A stretch of 61,279 nucleotides of DNA, filler included. It is 7 parts of 7 records of this genome, joined end to end, with 100 filler letters (N's around TTAATTAATTAA, not from the genome) between each part and the next. Parts side by side here need not be neighbours in the genome. Positions count along the whole stretch, not along the records: positions 47,031 to 54,693 come from SRR7504441_2814; positions 54,794 to 61,279 come from SRR7504441_2815; 5 more parts are not named here. One strand, written 5' to 3'. How positions within the stretch are numbered: the first letter of the stretch is position 1; every line of letters begins with the position of its first letter. The notes under the pieces are model-generated. The model was not told where the DNA came from. It was given only the letters and a program-made list of their open reading frames with translations, and did not search any database. This document shows, one piece after another, positions 47,738 through 58,600 of the stretch. The translations under genes were made by a program, and so were the position numbers.

Positions 47738-49315
47738 TCAGCTGTCGGGATCGGCGCCATTGTTGCCTGCATCGACCTCGACATAGCCGTTGGAGTCCGA
47801 GCTATTTGCCGACTCCTGGCTGATCTGAACAAATCCGTTGCTCCCATCCGAGTCGTCGCTCGGCGGATCAGAACCCTGCTCGCCCTCCTCCGCGGGCTCG
47901 TCCTGCCGCTGGAGCTCCTGCTCATCCTCTGTCAGGAAAGGTTCGGATGTGGCTGCACCAAGGCTCTTAGCCCCAGCGTGCACAGAGCGGCCATTGTCAA
48001 ACGGCTTGGACAGATATTCAGTGGCTATGCAAAGAAATGCCGAGGCCATAGCGAACAGGAATATTGGAGGGAAATAGGCGAGGAAATAAGAGACAGTCCA
48101 GGCGTAGTTTGCCCAGAGAGGCCCAGGGATCTTGCAAGTATCCATGAACGCCTTGAATCTGGCCATCATCGTGTTTGCCGCGTGTCTAGGGAGGGTGTGC
48201 AGGAAGCACGGCGAGGCATAAGCCGAGAAGACGTTGGAAAACGCCATAAATAGCACCAATCCTGCCACAAACAGCACCTGGTCGGTGGTCGTGCCACTCT
48301 CCCTGGTGTCCCCCGCCAGCATGAGCGCCAGCGCGGCCACTATCCCGCCTGCCAGCAGCCCCGTCACGTCGATCAGCTGCATCCTGTCATGGAGGAACTT
48401 GCTGGCGACTACAGACCCGCCGATCCCAGCGAGCAGCCCGGCCAAGTTCTGGCCGAAAATGGCCATGCTGATCCACTGCTGGTCCCAGCCGTTGCGGGTC
48501 AGGAACGCTGGCCCGAAATAGACCACCATGCTCCAGCCGAGCCCGTACAGCCCTATGAGCGCCATCCAACACACCACCTGGCAACTGCAGTACCCCACGC
48601 CTGAGGGCGTGTGCCCGCGCACTCCGCCGGCCCCAGGGTCGCTCGGAGGGCTCCTGTCGTCCAGCACGCACCAGGCCCAGGCGGCTATCGGGACGAACGC
48701 GCACGCCTGGACGAGCGAGGTGAGTGAGCCTGGGTTCAGGTTTAGAGATCCGAGGTCGAAATCACTGCTAGCGGTACCGATGGTGATCAGGGTCCCGATC
48801 GTCTGCCCGAGGCTCTGGGTGGTGCGGAAGAAGACCAGCCGGGCGGAGGTTAGCTCCTTGGGAGAGTAGCTGGATATGTACCCCATCCCGAGCACCAGTC
48901 CCCCGTCCCCCAGGCCCTGAATCGCCTTGCCCGCAATCGCCAGCCCGGCCGAACCGGCCACGCTCGGGTCGGCCAAGGTGTACATCAGATTACCTGCGAT
49001 GCACGCCGTCACGAACAGCATGAGCGAGCTCCGATTCCCCATCCAGAGCGGCAGGCAGCCGGCAATCAGCGACCCGACCACCTCCCCCAACGCCCACGCC
49101 GCCTGGCTGGCAGCGAAGTCCGAGTCGGCCCGGCTGGTGGGCTCGCGCTCGCCGAACTTGCTGCCCTGGTCTATCCGGGTGAAGTAGTTTGGGCCGGCGG
49201 AGACCGAGATCATTTGGTCTGACCCGATCACGGCCGAGAGAGCCAGGAACATCAGGATCGAGCTGGGCATCCCCCGCCAGTGCTCGATCAGCTTCAGCCG
49301 GGTCTCGGTCCCCAT
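47738..49315 (-). CDS. Major facilitator superfamily transporter (~12 TM), acidic C-terminal tail, intronless
   Basis: About 12 hydrophobic segments; IAGNLMYTLA, GKAIQGLG, YISSYS...ARL, SLGQTIGT (MFSD8-like pattern). Confidence 0.85.
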   Translation of the reverse strand: MGTETRLKLIEHWRGMPSSILMFLALSAVIGSDQMISVSAGPNYFTRIDQGSKFGEREPTSRADSDFAASQAAWALGEVVGSLIAGCLPLWMGNRSSLMLFVTACIAGNLMYTLADPSVAGSAGLAIAGKAIQGLGDGGLVLGMGYISSYSPKELTSARLVFFRTTQSLGQTIGTLITIGTASSDFDLGSLNLNPGSLTSLVQACAFVPIAAWAWCVLDDRSPPSDPGAGGVRGHTPSGVGYCSCQVVCWMALIGLYGLGWSMVVYFGPAFLTRNGWDQQWISMAIFGQNLAGLLAGIGGSVVASKFLHDRMQLIDVTGLLAGGIVAALALMLAGDTRESGTTTDQVLFVAGLVLFMAFSNVFSAYASPCFLHTLPRHAANTMMARFKAFMDTCKIPGPLWANYAWTVSYFLAYFPPIFLFAMASAFLCIATEYLSKPFDNGRSVHAGAKSLGAATSEPFLTEDEQELQRQDEPAEEGEQGSDPPSDDSDGSNGFVQISQESANSSDSNGYVEVDAGNNGADPDS

Positions 49316-49411
49316 GGTGCCCCGCGCCCCGGTCCGACACGAGTGACAACCTTACTCCTTCATCGCGGCATTTGATGGAGCATCGTTCGGACGCAGATTT
49401 GTTGGAGCTTT

Positions 49412-49468
49412 CCGTTGATTCAAAGGCTTCGGTTGGGCTTCCGTTACGGAATCCGTAACCGTCCGTTG
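49412..49468. promoter_or_regulatory. Cluster of three YAACGG-type sites plus an 8-bp inverted repeat in a divergent intergenic region
   Basis: CCGTTG at 49412, CCGTTA at 49441 and CCGTTG at 49463; GTTACGGA-A-TCCGTAAC at 49443-49459. Confidence 0.45.
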
Positions 49469-49523
49469 CTGCAGCTGAGGTGCACGAGGGCCGACTCTTG
49501 ATGGGCCCTCGCTTGTAGCCGGG

Positions 49524-50636
49524 ATGGGGAACCGCCCAGATGGGTACGCGGACGGGAAGGCTGGGGTCCCGGACAGCCCAACGCTCCGAGTCGGCAAGCC
49601 GCACGACTACCACTGCAAAGTCCGGTTTGACTCGTGCGGAGAGCTACAACAGGACTCGCCTCTCCTGATGCGGTGAGCTAAGAACAAGCCCTGTGCCGAG
49701 CCGGGGCAGGGTGACCGCGAGCCACGTCGAGCTCTGGCTCGGCTCTAGGACCCCGTCCGCGCTAGTCGCCAGCCGCAAGCCGGATTTCATCTTCTCACCT
49801 TTCCAGATATACGGCTGGGTGGGTAGCGGGGGGGGGGGCAACGGCCGACTCGGTTGGTAGGTCGCAAACCTTGAGAAAAGGGTCTTGGCGATGGAGATAG
49901 GCATGAGCATAGTGGGCGACGTTGGGCCGCAACGGAAGGCCGACCTTGCCGAGAGAGCCCGCAGCTTCGACGAGATGCTTAAGCAGGCCGCGAGCCAATC
50001 GCCGAGTTCTCGGAGGCGCAAGATAGACGCGCTGGCCAACTCGCAGTGGCGCCAAATGATTGCCTGCGCGCGGGAACTCCGGAAGAAACGCCGCTCCATA
50101 CAATTGGAGAGTCGTCGGCTTGAGTTCTTTCTTGACGAGCCGGACAAGGCCGAGCAATCACTCGAGGTTATGGCTCGCGCTCTGCTGACCGACGCGTTAT
50201 CTGAGGTGCCGCGTGTAGAGCGCCGGCCCGTCTGAGGTGGCGGGTGCGCCAGGGGTGGACTATCCAAAGACCGACGGCGAGCTCGGGCCCGCCAATTGAC
50301 CAGGAGGAGCTTGATGGTCTGACTCTCGAAGAAGCACACGGCGAGCCGCTGTTCATGGCTGGTGAGCCGGAGGCTGCTGGCCGCGGCTCGTTTGATTCAA
50401 CGGCTTCGAGCACCATCCATCCAGCCGGCTCGATCGAACCGGCTCATCAACTTGGGAGCTGCTTATCATCAAGTCCAAGCCTTCCACACGGCGCGTGTGC
50501 TGCCCCGATCCAGCCACCTGGCAGCCCACGGGCACGAAGCGAAAGCGCAGGCTCAAGCCAAAGCGCAGCCGGCTGCGGAACAGGTCGGGGTACGTCGCTT
50601 GTTGCTGGTGTGCTTCGTACGACCTCATGCATGTAG
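49524..50636 (+). CDS. Hypothetical protein, possible PH/PTB-like fold with helical insert and disordered tail
   Basis: Phase-consistent 4-exon model: MGNRPDG...LLMR|VTASHVELW...FIFSPFQIYGW|VANLEKRVLAMEIG...RRLEFFLDEPDKAEQSLEVMA...TTSCM*. Confidence 0.55.
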
Positions 50637-50784
50637 AATTAGATCCTCGGAGTCTAGAGATTTTCTACGAGTACGTAGCTTGTGTAGTTTCTCCTGACCC
50701 TCTAATATATATATATATTTAAACTTACTTATATGGAGTCTAGAGATTATGATTACATGACAAGCTATTTTCTGATCCGCATAC

Positions 50785-51786
50785 TCATATGGTGCACCTG
50801 ACAACGCCTTGAGCGAATGAGAAGTTCAGATACTCCCAATGGTCCGGAATGAAGGCAAGGTTGCCCGCAAACTGATCGGCGCAGCTCGGGTCCTCCCCGG
50901 TGCTGCACAGCCGGCCAGGTTTGAGGAAGCTCTCATAGTAAACCTCTTGAGTGATGTGCCCGTATCCCATCCACTCGTAAGGCATGTGAGGGATAGGGTC
51001 TCTGTGGTGGGTCACCCGGTAGTGGCTGATCCCCTGGGCCTCGTAGTGCCGGGCCCAGTCCGGGTTGCCCACCCTCGGCTGGCCCACTGTGATCACTCCC
51101 GCTGGAGCCGTCTCGGCACTCTTCGCAAAGTCGAGAGCACAAAGCGTTGCCAGGGCCGCACCCAGTGAGTGGCCAGTAATATAGAGGGGGCCAGCCGGCA
51201 GCGCGGCCACCGCAGTGTGCACCTGCTCGGCCACCGCGGTGTAGGTCCGGTAGAAGCCGGCATGCACCGAGCAGTTGTTGCAGTCGGGGTACGGAGCGAG
51301 TTTGTAGGCCATCAAGTCGTCGATCACCGTCTTTATGTTTACACTGGTTCCCATGAACGCCACCACACGGGCCCCCAGAGCCGGGTCCCATCCAACGATC
51401 CCCCGGCCGTCTGTCTTTGGATCGTGCACTGAGGTGATGTTCTGAAACCCCGGGACCTTCTTGCAGGCCCAGCAGTCCCAGGCCGCCACCGACCGGCGCC
51501 CGGCGCAATAGGCCGCCCCAGCGTAGTTGACCAGATACCCCGCCAGCCGCTCATCGTACCGCGAGGCTGCCGGCTTGCTCCGGCAGTGGAGCGGGTCTGC
51601 CGCGGCGCACATGTCTTTGAGCGACTCGGCGTACCGACCGTCGCAGCAGAGGGTCCGGCTCCCGGTGAAGGGCGCGCAGGACATCATGTAAGGCGCAAGC
51701 CCGGCACAGCCCGGCATCAGGCACGCCGCGCCCCGGAGCAGCGCGAGTACCAGCCCGCCTGTCCACCAATTGAACAGCCACGGCAT
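50785..51786 (-). CDS. Class 3 lipase, secreted
   Basis: YAGAAYC, VVAFMGT, VHAGFY, YITGHSLGAALATL, GQPRVGN, RVTHHRDPIPHMP, DHWEY; hydrophobic N-terminus from the ATG at 51786. Confidence 0.93.
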   Translation of the reverse strand: MPWLFNWWTGGLVLALLRGAACLMPGCAGLAPYMMSCAPFTGSRTLCCDGRYAESLKDMCAAADPLHCRSKPAASRYDERLAGYLVNYAGAAYCAGRRSVAAWDCWACKKVPGFQNITSVHDPKTDGRGIVGWDPALGARVVAFMGTSVNIKTVIDDLMAYKLAPYPDCNNCSVHAGFYRTYTAVAEQVHTAVAALPAGPLYITGHSLGAALATLCALDFAKSAETAPAGVITVGQPRVGNPDWARHYEAQGISHYRVTHHRDPIPHMPYEWMGYGHITQEVYYESFLKPGRLCSTGEDPSCADQFAGNLAFIPDHWEYLNFSFAQGVVRCTI

Positions 51787-51846
51787 AGGATCAGATGAGT
51801 AACGGACGCGCCAGTTGTGTGTTGACGACCTGCCAGTTGTTGTGCG

Positions 51847-52613
51847 ATGTGGGCCGACCAGTTCCCGCTGCGCCGGCTGGACGGCGGGCCGAGCCGGCCA
51901 CCGCTGGCCGTCCGCTGCCCGTGGCACCGCCGGGTCCCGCGCACCCCGCCCAAGCCGGTCCGGACTCGGTGCTGCCTGTGGGCCCGCCGGCCCTGCAGCC
52001 TGGGCAGGCGGGCCTTTACCTCGTTCGACAAGCGGCTGATCGGGCAGCCGGCTGGCCCAACCCGACCGGCCAGTGCGGAGGCCGCTCGCGCGGCGCAGTG
52101 CGCCAGTTGCGGCCAGCTGAGCCAGGCGAGCCCCCTGGGTGAGCCGGCAGACCGGGCGGACAGGAAGTGTGCCAGCTAAAGCAGCAAGTGCGCAAGCTCC
52201 AACGTCAGGCCCGGCAGCGCCGGCCGGTCCGGCCTGCCAGCTGGCCGGAGCCGAAGCCAGCCGATCCGGCGGGCGCTGTGGGGACCGAGCGGGCGAAGCT
52301 AGCGGAGCACGTGCAGGTGAGGAAAGCCATCGGCAAGATGTGCGGCGGGCAGTCCGGCCGGGACTGGAAGCAGGAGGTGGACCGGATGACTGCAATGGTG
52401 CACCGACTAGAGGGCACCCGGCCCAGCCCCGGGCGGCCCGGGCCCGGGGATGTGCAGCGTGCTCAGCCGGAGATGTCGAGGGAAGAGAGGCTGGCCCGGC
52501 TGGTGGCCCAAGCAGAGAGCCGGCAAGGGCCGCTCCCGCAGGCCGACCGGTGGTTAGAGGTGAGGGGGCGGCTGCAGCAAAGGCAGGCCGATCTATTACG
52601 GCCTAATAGCTAG
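51847..52613 (+). CDS. Hypothetical basic coiled-coil protein
   Basis: ORF 51847 joins ORF 52167-52613 through a GC-AG intron; followed by an AT-richer 3' region. Confidence 0.5.
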
Positions 52614-53130
52614 CTCGTGCGAAGGGGTGATCAATAATCAGCGTGTAAGCTCGTACCGTACGAGTACTGCCGTACAGTTCATACAGTGAATATCATTACG
52701 AGTGTACATACGGTTGGATTCAGAACTGATTTACTTCCCCAATCAATACATGTAGCACGTATATACAGTTATATATGCGGCTGGTTGGTCTCGATAGATC
52801 TCCCAAGGGATCACCGTGGAGCTCGAAGCCCAGATCTCGGGCCAGTCACCGTGGTGGGGCGCATCCTTGAGGATCGCCGCGGTGACTCCACCCACCAACT
52901 CACGCGCCTCGTCCGCGTCGACGCCCTGTGTCGGCGGGTTCGGCTTGCAGCATTTGGCGTTGTCCTGGGGAGAATAGCAGCACTGCGGGCTCGACACTCC
53001 GATAGCTTCCGAGTCACACTAACCCCAAGGGGCGGTTACACATTACACAGCACCGAAGCCCGGAGGTCCCGCATCACCCTTGTTGGCGAGCTGGCCTTGC
53101 CCCACCCAGGCAGCCCGCCGTATTCGCGAG

Positions 53131-54438
53131 CTACTGAGTCTTCTTCGATGGAGTGTCGGCAGCGGCGGCGGCGGTAATCATGGGCTTGCTGGCAACGATG
53201 ATCCGGAGCGAGCAGTCGTCACTGGTCTTGTAGCGTGCCTCGTTGGGCCAGCTGCGCTCAACCTTGGCAAACCCGGCGTCGAGCATCGCTTGCTCCATAT
53301 CGAGCCCGATGTACTGGTCGAGGTATGGCTCGTTAGACATGGCCAGCCTCTTGAGCAAGTTGATCGCCGGCCCGTCCTTCAGGATCTGGTGTCCGTTGAG
53401 GTCGAGGTACCCGATCACTCCGCCCGGGCGCAGCACGCGGAAAGCCTCGCACATCAGGGCCCTCGACACTTGCGCCGGCATCTCGTGAGTGACTTCACTG
53501 GTCACAACGATGTCGACGGAGTTGTCCGCGACCCCGAGCTGGTCGAGGCGCAGGCCATCGCCGTGCAGGAAGGACACGGCCGTGCTGCCGCCCTCCTGCA
53601 CCGCCTTGAACTCCGTGTTCAGCCTGTGCCTGGCCACGGTGACAAAATGCGCGCTGAGATCGACGCCCGTGATCTGCACCTTGCCGCCCGGCGGCTGGGG
53701 GGAGCGGTCCCCGTCCTGCGCGAGGCCCTGTTCCACCGCCCGCTGGAGCGCGAAGGTGGAGGTGCCGACGCCGCAGCCGATGTCGACAATCCGGTCGAGA
53801 TGGTGCGAGGGGAGGGTGTGCTGGAGCCTGGTGCAGACCTTGGACTGGAAGTCGGCGTGCAGAGCGTCGAAGCCCTCCTGCGCCGAGAGGTCCGGGTAGT
53901 GGTGGCAGTGCACCAGCAGGTAGGCAGAGGGGGCGTCGAACGCGGCGGCCCAGTTGCAGTTGCCCTCGTTGTAGCTGTGGAGTGTGGACACCCCGTGCGC
54001 CACGTAGTAGGCTGGCATCTCGAGCGTCTTGTTCCGCACCGCCTCCAACTCGCTGTTCCACACCTCCATCCCGCGCTCCTCGAGCTCGGCCCGGTCGCGC
54101 CGCCAAAAGATTCTCCGCTTCTCCGCGAAGCCCTTGAAGCCGTCGAGGATGCCCGAGCGCATTTTGTCCGCCTTCCCGGCCAGCGGGTACTTGACCAGCA
54201 GCGTCGAGGGCCACTTCAGCAGCTGGACCAGGCGAAGCTTCCGCTCGACCACCGTGCTGCCCAGCGCCCACGGCACCACAGCGGCCGCGAACACTGCCAG
54301 GCCCAAATAGCCGAAGCAGAGCCACGTCGCGAGAGCCGCCAACGCGTACAGGATCGCGAGCTGCGCGTCCTCGGACAGCGCGGCCACTTTCCCGCCGAAA
54401 CCGCGTTGCACCGCGCCCTTGACCGCCGGAGGAGGCAT
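53131..54438 (-). CDS. Class I SAM-dependent methyltransferase with N-terminal TM hairpin, intronless
   Basis: RIVDIGCGVGTST (motif I), ITGVDLS, FLHGDG, DNSVDIV, HEMP, EAFRVLRPGG, NEPYLDQY; upstream PAYY...HSYNEGNCNWAAAF. Confidence 0.92.
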   Translation of the reverse strand: MPPPAVKGAVQRGFGGKVAALSEDAQLAILYALAALATWLCFGYLGLAVFAAAVVPWALGSTVVERKLRLVQLLKWPSTLLVKYPLAGKADKMRSGILDGFKGFAEKRRIFWRRDRAELEERGMEVWNSELEAVRNKTLEMPAYYVAHGVSTLHSYNEGNCNWAAAFDAPSAYLLVHCHHYPDLSAQEGFDALHADFQSKVCTRLQHTLPSHHLDRIVDIGCGVGTSTFALQRAVEQGLAQDGDRSPQPPGGKVQITGVDLSAHFVTVARHRLNTEFKAVQEGGSTAVSFLHGDGLRLDQLGVADNSVDIVVTSEVTHEMPAQVSRALMCEAFRVLRPGGVIGYLDLNGHQILKDGPAINLLKRLAMSNEPYLDQYIGLDMEQAMLDAGFAKVERSWPNEARYKTSDDCSLRIIVASKPMITAAAAADTPSKKTQ

Positions 54439-54693
54439 TCTGCTGACGACGCCGGAAGCCGCGCAGACCTGGCAGAAGTCCGTTAGTAGCCTGCGCTCGG
54501 AACCCGACGGTGCAGTGACGCGAGTGACGGTGCCGGTGAAAGTTTAGTGAAAGTTAGGTGAAAAGTACCGGTGAAAGCGTTATTTCAAGTACGCAAGTAG
54601 TTTGATGGCCTCTCTCAATTTGTTTTATTCATTGCCATGCTACTTAAATCAATAAGGGAGTGTCTCACAGGCAGGAGAGTTACTTAAAGATTT

Positions 54694-54793
54694 NNNNNNN
54701 NNNNNNNNNNNNNNNNNNNNNNNNNNNNNNNNNNNNNTTAATTAATTAANNNNNNNNNNNNNNNNNNNNNNNNNNNNNNNNNNNNNNNNNNNN
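54694..54793. other. Artificial contig spacer
   Basis: N44-TTAATTAATTAA-N44. Confidence 0.97.
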
Positions 54794-55388
54794 CTTTCAT
54801 CACCCGCGCATAGATTTCACGCCGATCCAACTTCATATCCCAGAGGCGCATGCGGGATGACCGCGCTGCCCCAGTGAACGCGTACCGCGAGGAGTGCCTC
54901 AAATCCTCGGGCAGCAGCAGTTCGAGCTTCCAATCGTCACTGCGTGAAGACGGGAGCTTCTTTAGCTCCCGCAGCGCCGCCTGTTTCTCCGTGGCCGTCG
55001 AGCCGCACGAGTTCAAGGCTCGTGACAGGCCCTGCCCACTTAGAATGGAGTTGCTATCGTAGATTGCACGCTGCTCCGCCCTGATTGGGATGGAGCTCGG
55101 TGCGGCATCCTCCACGTGTTCCTGATCGAAGTAGCCTGCCACAGCCCGAACAGCCCCGTTCCTAGTGTCGGTAGCCCCCATCTGGCGCAGGTTGTCCGCA
55201 GATAGGTGCACCCTGTTCCTCCTGGAGAGCTCCAGTTTCTTTTCCGGTGCCACCAGCTGGCTTTCCCTCACGAAGGCGTGCGCCCTGTCTGGATTGAGCT
55301 GGTGCAACTCGTCCAGCAGCTCGGATACAGCCGGTCGTGCCTCCGAGTCGAGCGGCCTAAACTCGCGAGGGAACGCAGAGGCCCGCAT
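54794..55388 (-). CDS. Hypothetical protein (3' truncated at spacer)
   Basis: Open frame from MRASAFPREF running into the N-gap; divergent from VPS15. Confidence 0.55.
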
Positions 55389-55600
55389 CTCTCGTAGAGC
55401 TGCAGGCAGCAAGTGAAATCGAATCAGAGAAATGTGCGAGAAGAACTGAGAACACGGCTGAGGCCCAACGACAACTCGAACAACCCGCGGGGTCGAGTCA
55501 TCGAGAGAGCGGCAGCCGCGCAGCCGCGCCTCTCAGAAGGAGTTGCAGCGAGGCTCCCCTCGAAGGCCGCTCGGCCCCGCGCTGCAAGGGCCGGCTGGGC

Positions 55601-58600
55601 ATGGGGAACCTGGCCGGGCATTACTCGCTGGTGGCTCGAAACAAGATCCTGAGCCAGGCCTGCGCTGTCCGTGGTGCGGCTCAGCCGGGGGTGCAGGAGC
55701 TCTCGGAATTCAACGTAAAGCAGACGCTGTGCAATTCGTCGTTCCTGAAGACTCTGCTGTGGTGGCCGCTGCCACCGTGGCCGGCCGGCTGACAGCGCCT
55801 CTCTCGTGTCAGCGAGCGGCGCAAGGAGCTGTGTGTGGTCAAGGTCTTCTTCAAAAAGGAGCCCAAGCAGTCAATGGACCAGCACATACAGGCGCTCACC
55901 GGTGCTGCGCGGCCCAGGCTGGCTCGAGTGACATCTGCGGGCCTGCAGCGATCGCGGAGTGCTTCAATCGGATGCAGCAGCCCAATCTGTTTCCCTCGCA
56001 GCTCTGTTTTGTTCGAAAAACCATCGTCTTCGTGGTACGGCAGCACTTTTGGCGGAACCTATACGACCGAATCAGGCAGCTGACCTAGCGGCTGGCTGCG
56101 AGCCCGGATGGCAGCACTCGGCCGTTCCTGGAGTGGACGGAGAAGGTTTGGATCGCGTACCAGCTGCTGTGCAGCCTCAAGCAAGCGCACAGCGCGGGGG
56201 TGGTCCACGGCGACATCAAGAGCGAGAATGCAGCCTGATCTCGAGGACTGCGTGAGCTGTGGGTGCAGGTGGGGCTGACCACTTGGAATTGGGCACTGCT
56301 GTGTGACTTTGCACCGTACAAGCCCAGATTCCTACCCGAGGTATGCTGTGTCACTCTTCTCTCAAATCTGATGGGTCATTCCAGGACCATACCGCTTTGT
56401 TTTCCTACTTTTATGATTCAATGGGCCGTCGGTCGTGCTTTGTGGCGCCAGAACGGTGACTCAGTGCCGCTGCTCCGAGCCATCATTGACCTTGTTCCAG
56501 CTTCTTTGGGGAAGTTAAACCTGACGAACAGTCTCCGCTCCGCCCAGAGACCGATATATTTTCACTTGGGTGAACTGAACGTCACATGCTTAGTACGAAC
56601 CCGCTGTGGCCAGGTGTGTGATAGCTCAGCTCTTCCTGGACGGCGAGCCCCTGTTCGACCTTGCGGGCCTGATGAGCTACCGCAAGGCATGGCACACAGC
56701 CTCGACACCGTGGGCTCATCTCATGGAACAGGGCGAAACAGCGGAGATGCAAGCAAAAATTGAGCTAATTCCTGACGAAGCAGCTCGCAGTTTGCTCCTC
56801 TCGATGACACAGCTGAACCCAGAGTAATCCCAAATACCCTGTTCAGAACACGCTTTGATGGGTCACATGTGCAGTGAGCGCCTGACCGCAAATGAGTACC
56901 TGGAGCAGTGGGAGCCATCGCTCTTCCCGGCATATATGCGGGTATTCCCCTCCGTTACCAAGCCATGGAAATTTGGGTCTTCAGGAGTGCCTGCACCCCT
57001 TTCTCAGCTCAGTTTTGACTATGGACAGTGATGCCAAGGTACCAAGCATTTTGAGCAGTAGATTCTGATTGCGAGGTGTACACAGGTAGTGTGGCTGAAC
57101 AGTGAGTTTGAATCAATATTGCAGCATTTAGGAGCCGATCAATCTCCTGGGCAGCTGCCAGGCCTGGTGACCATAGAGTGCTCTGTGGAGTGGAGTGTGG
57201 TGTGACAGGTAATGATTGTGTCACTCATCTGCTCGTCCATGCATCACATGCGTCATGTTTCGTCTTCGCTTCTTGCACTGCAGTTACTGAGTCGATGCAG
57301 CGAGTGGCTGAGCGATGCACTGAAGCTTGACCGGCTGTTACCATATTTTGTGTCATTATTGGATGATTCACAGGTCAGCTGGGCGGCGACTTGCGCTCAA
57401 AACCGTTCGTATGACAGGCAATTGTTCGAAGCATGGTCATTTCAGCAATTACAACTATGCTCTCTTCGATTGCATGCCCTCCCAAGAGCGACATGGACGT
57501 GTTTGTAGAATACATCTTGCCTAAATTGGATCGCCTCTGTATCACTGAAGGTCCGCCCTCATCTTGTGATATTCTCCATCATTCGGTGTTTGTTTTGCTG
57601 CAAATTATGCCTGTGTGTGCTTCCCAGGCGACGATCTTGTCCGAATAGCGCTGGGACGAGGCCTTGCCACACTCACAGTGAGTACTGGAACTTATCACGC
57701 GAATTCATTACGTTGCAGGTGACAGCAAGCAGATTTCTTGAGGCTTCCTGGGGCCCATCTTATCAACGCAGGCTTGACCCAGAGTCTCCAAACAAGCAGG
57801 AGTTTCGAATGAGTTACGACGTCACGCTTGCTGAGCTTCGGCGTCATTTTATCAAGCTCGTGAATGCCCTGCTCACCCCTCCTAGTGCTGCTGAGGTTCG
57901 CTATGTCGTGCTGCAAGATATTGGGCTGCTTTGTAGCTTCTTTGGTACCTCTTGCTTTAATTCATGTTCTTGTACCCGTCACCAAATCTATGGTTTGCAG
58001 GCCACGAGACGTGCAAAAACCACATATTACCTCTTGTGGTTACGTTTTTGAACGACCCAGACATTGAGCTGCGAGCTGCATTCTTCCAGTGCATTGTAGA
58101 TCTCGCAAAGTAGCTCACTACTAACATGTGAAAAATGACTTGCTTGCTTTTCACAGGTACGTCGGCTGTGATTCTGTGCATCTTTATATTCGTCCGTGCT
58201 TACTTCATGGTCTCTATGATCAAGATTCAGTCATTGTAGAGCGTACCCTCGCATCGCTCGCAACACTATGTGAGCTTGGGCTTTATCTGAAGCAGGCAGC
58301 CACGCTCATTGTCTTTGCAGCCTTGATCTAAGGCCTCTGTTGTACAGGATATGAAAGAGATGGCAGCTGAAGCAACCCCTCTTGTTTGTGCTCCATTGCA
58401 CACAACGCGTCTCTCTGCAGTCGCCCTCTTGACCGCGATTGCAGCAAATCTGGATCAGGTGTGCATGTGATTGAGACTGGGGAGGGAAACAGGTCTGGCT
58501 GTAGGTTGATACATGGTGCTTTGTCATGCCACACCTTGCCCCATTTTTGAAGACGGAGATCAGTGATCTTGAAGACCAGAGTATCCTGGAAGCACTACAT

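Noticed and set aside
52743-52997. Small Cys-containing ORF downstream of the methyltransferase
   Set aside because: It has no ATG start and no recognisable motif; more likely 3' UTR, though a short gene cannot be excluded.
53080-54486. Long antisense and alternative-frame ORFs (e.g. 53080-54486 +, 480-1841 +, 11355-12311 +, and the 5' extension of 50785-52395)
   Set aside because: They are Arg/Pro/Gly/Ala-rich shadows expected from stop-poor GC-rich DNA overlapping well-supported genes.
19216-54793. Six identical TTAATTAATTAA elements within N runs as a biological repeat or array
   Set aside because: They are fixed 100-nt artificial contig linkers with stops in all six frames. ORFs running into them and gene neighbourhoods across them are not real.
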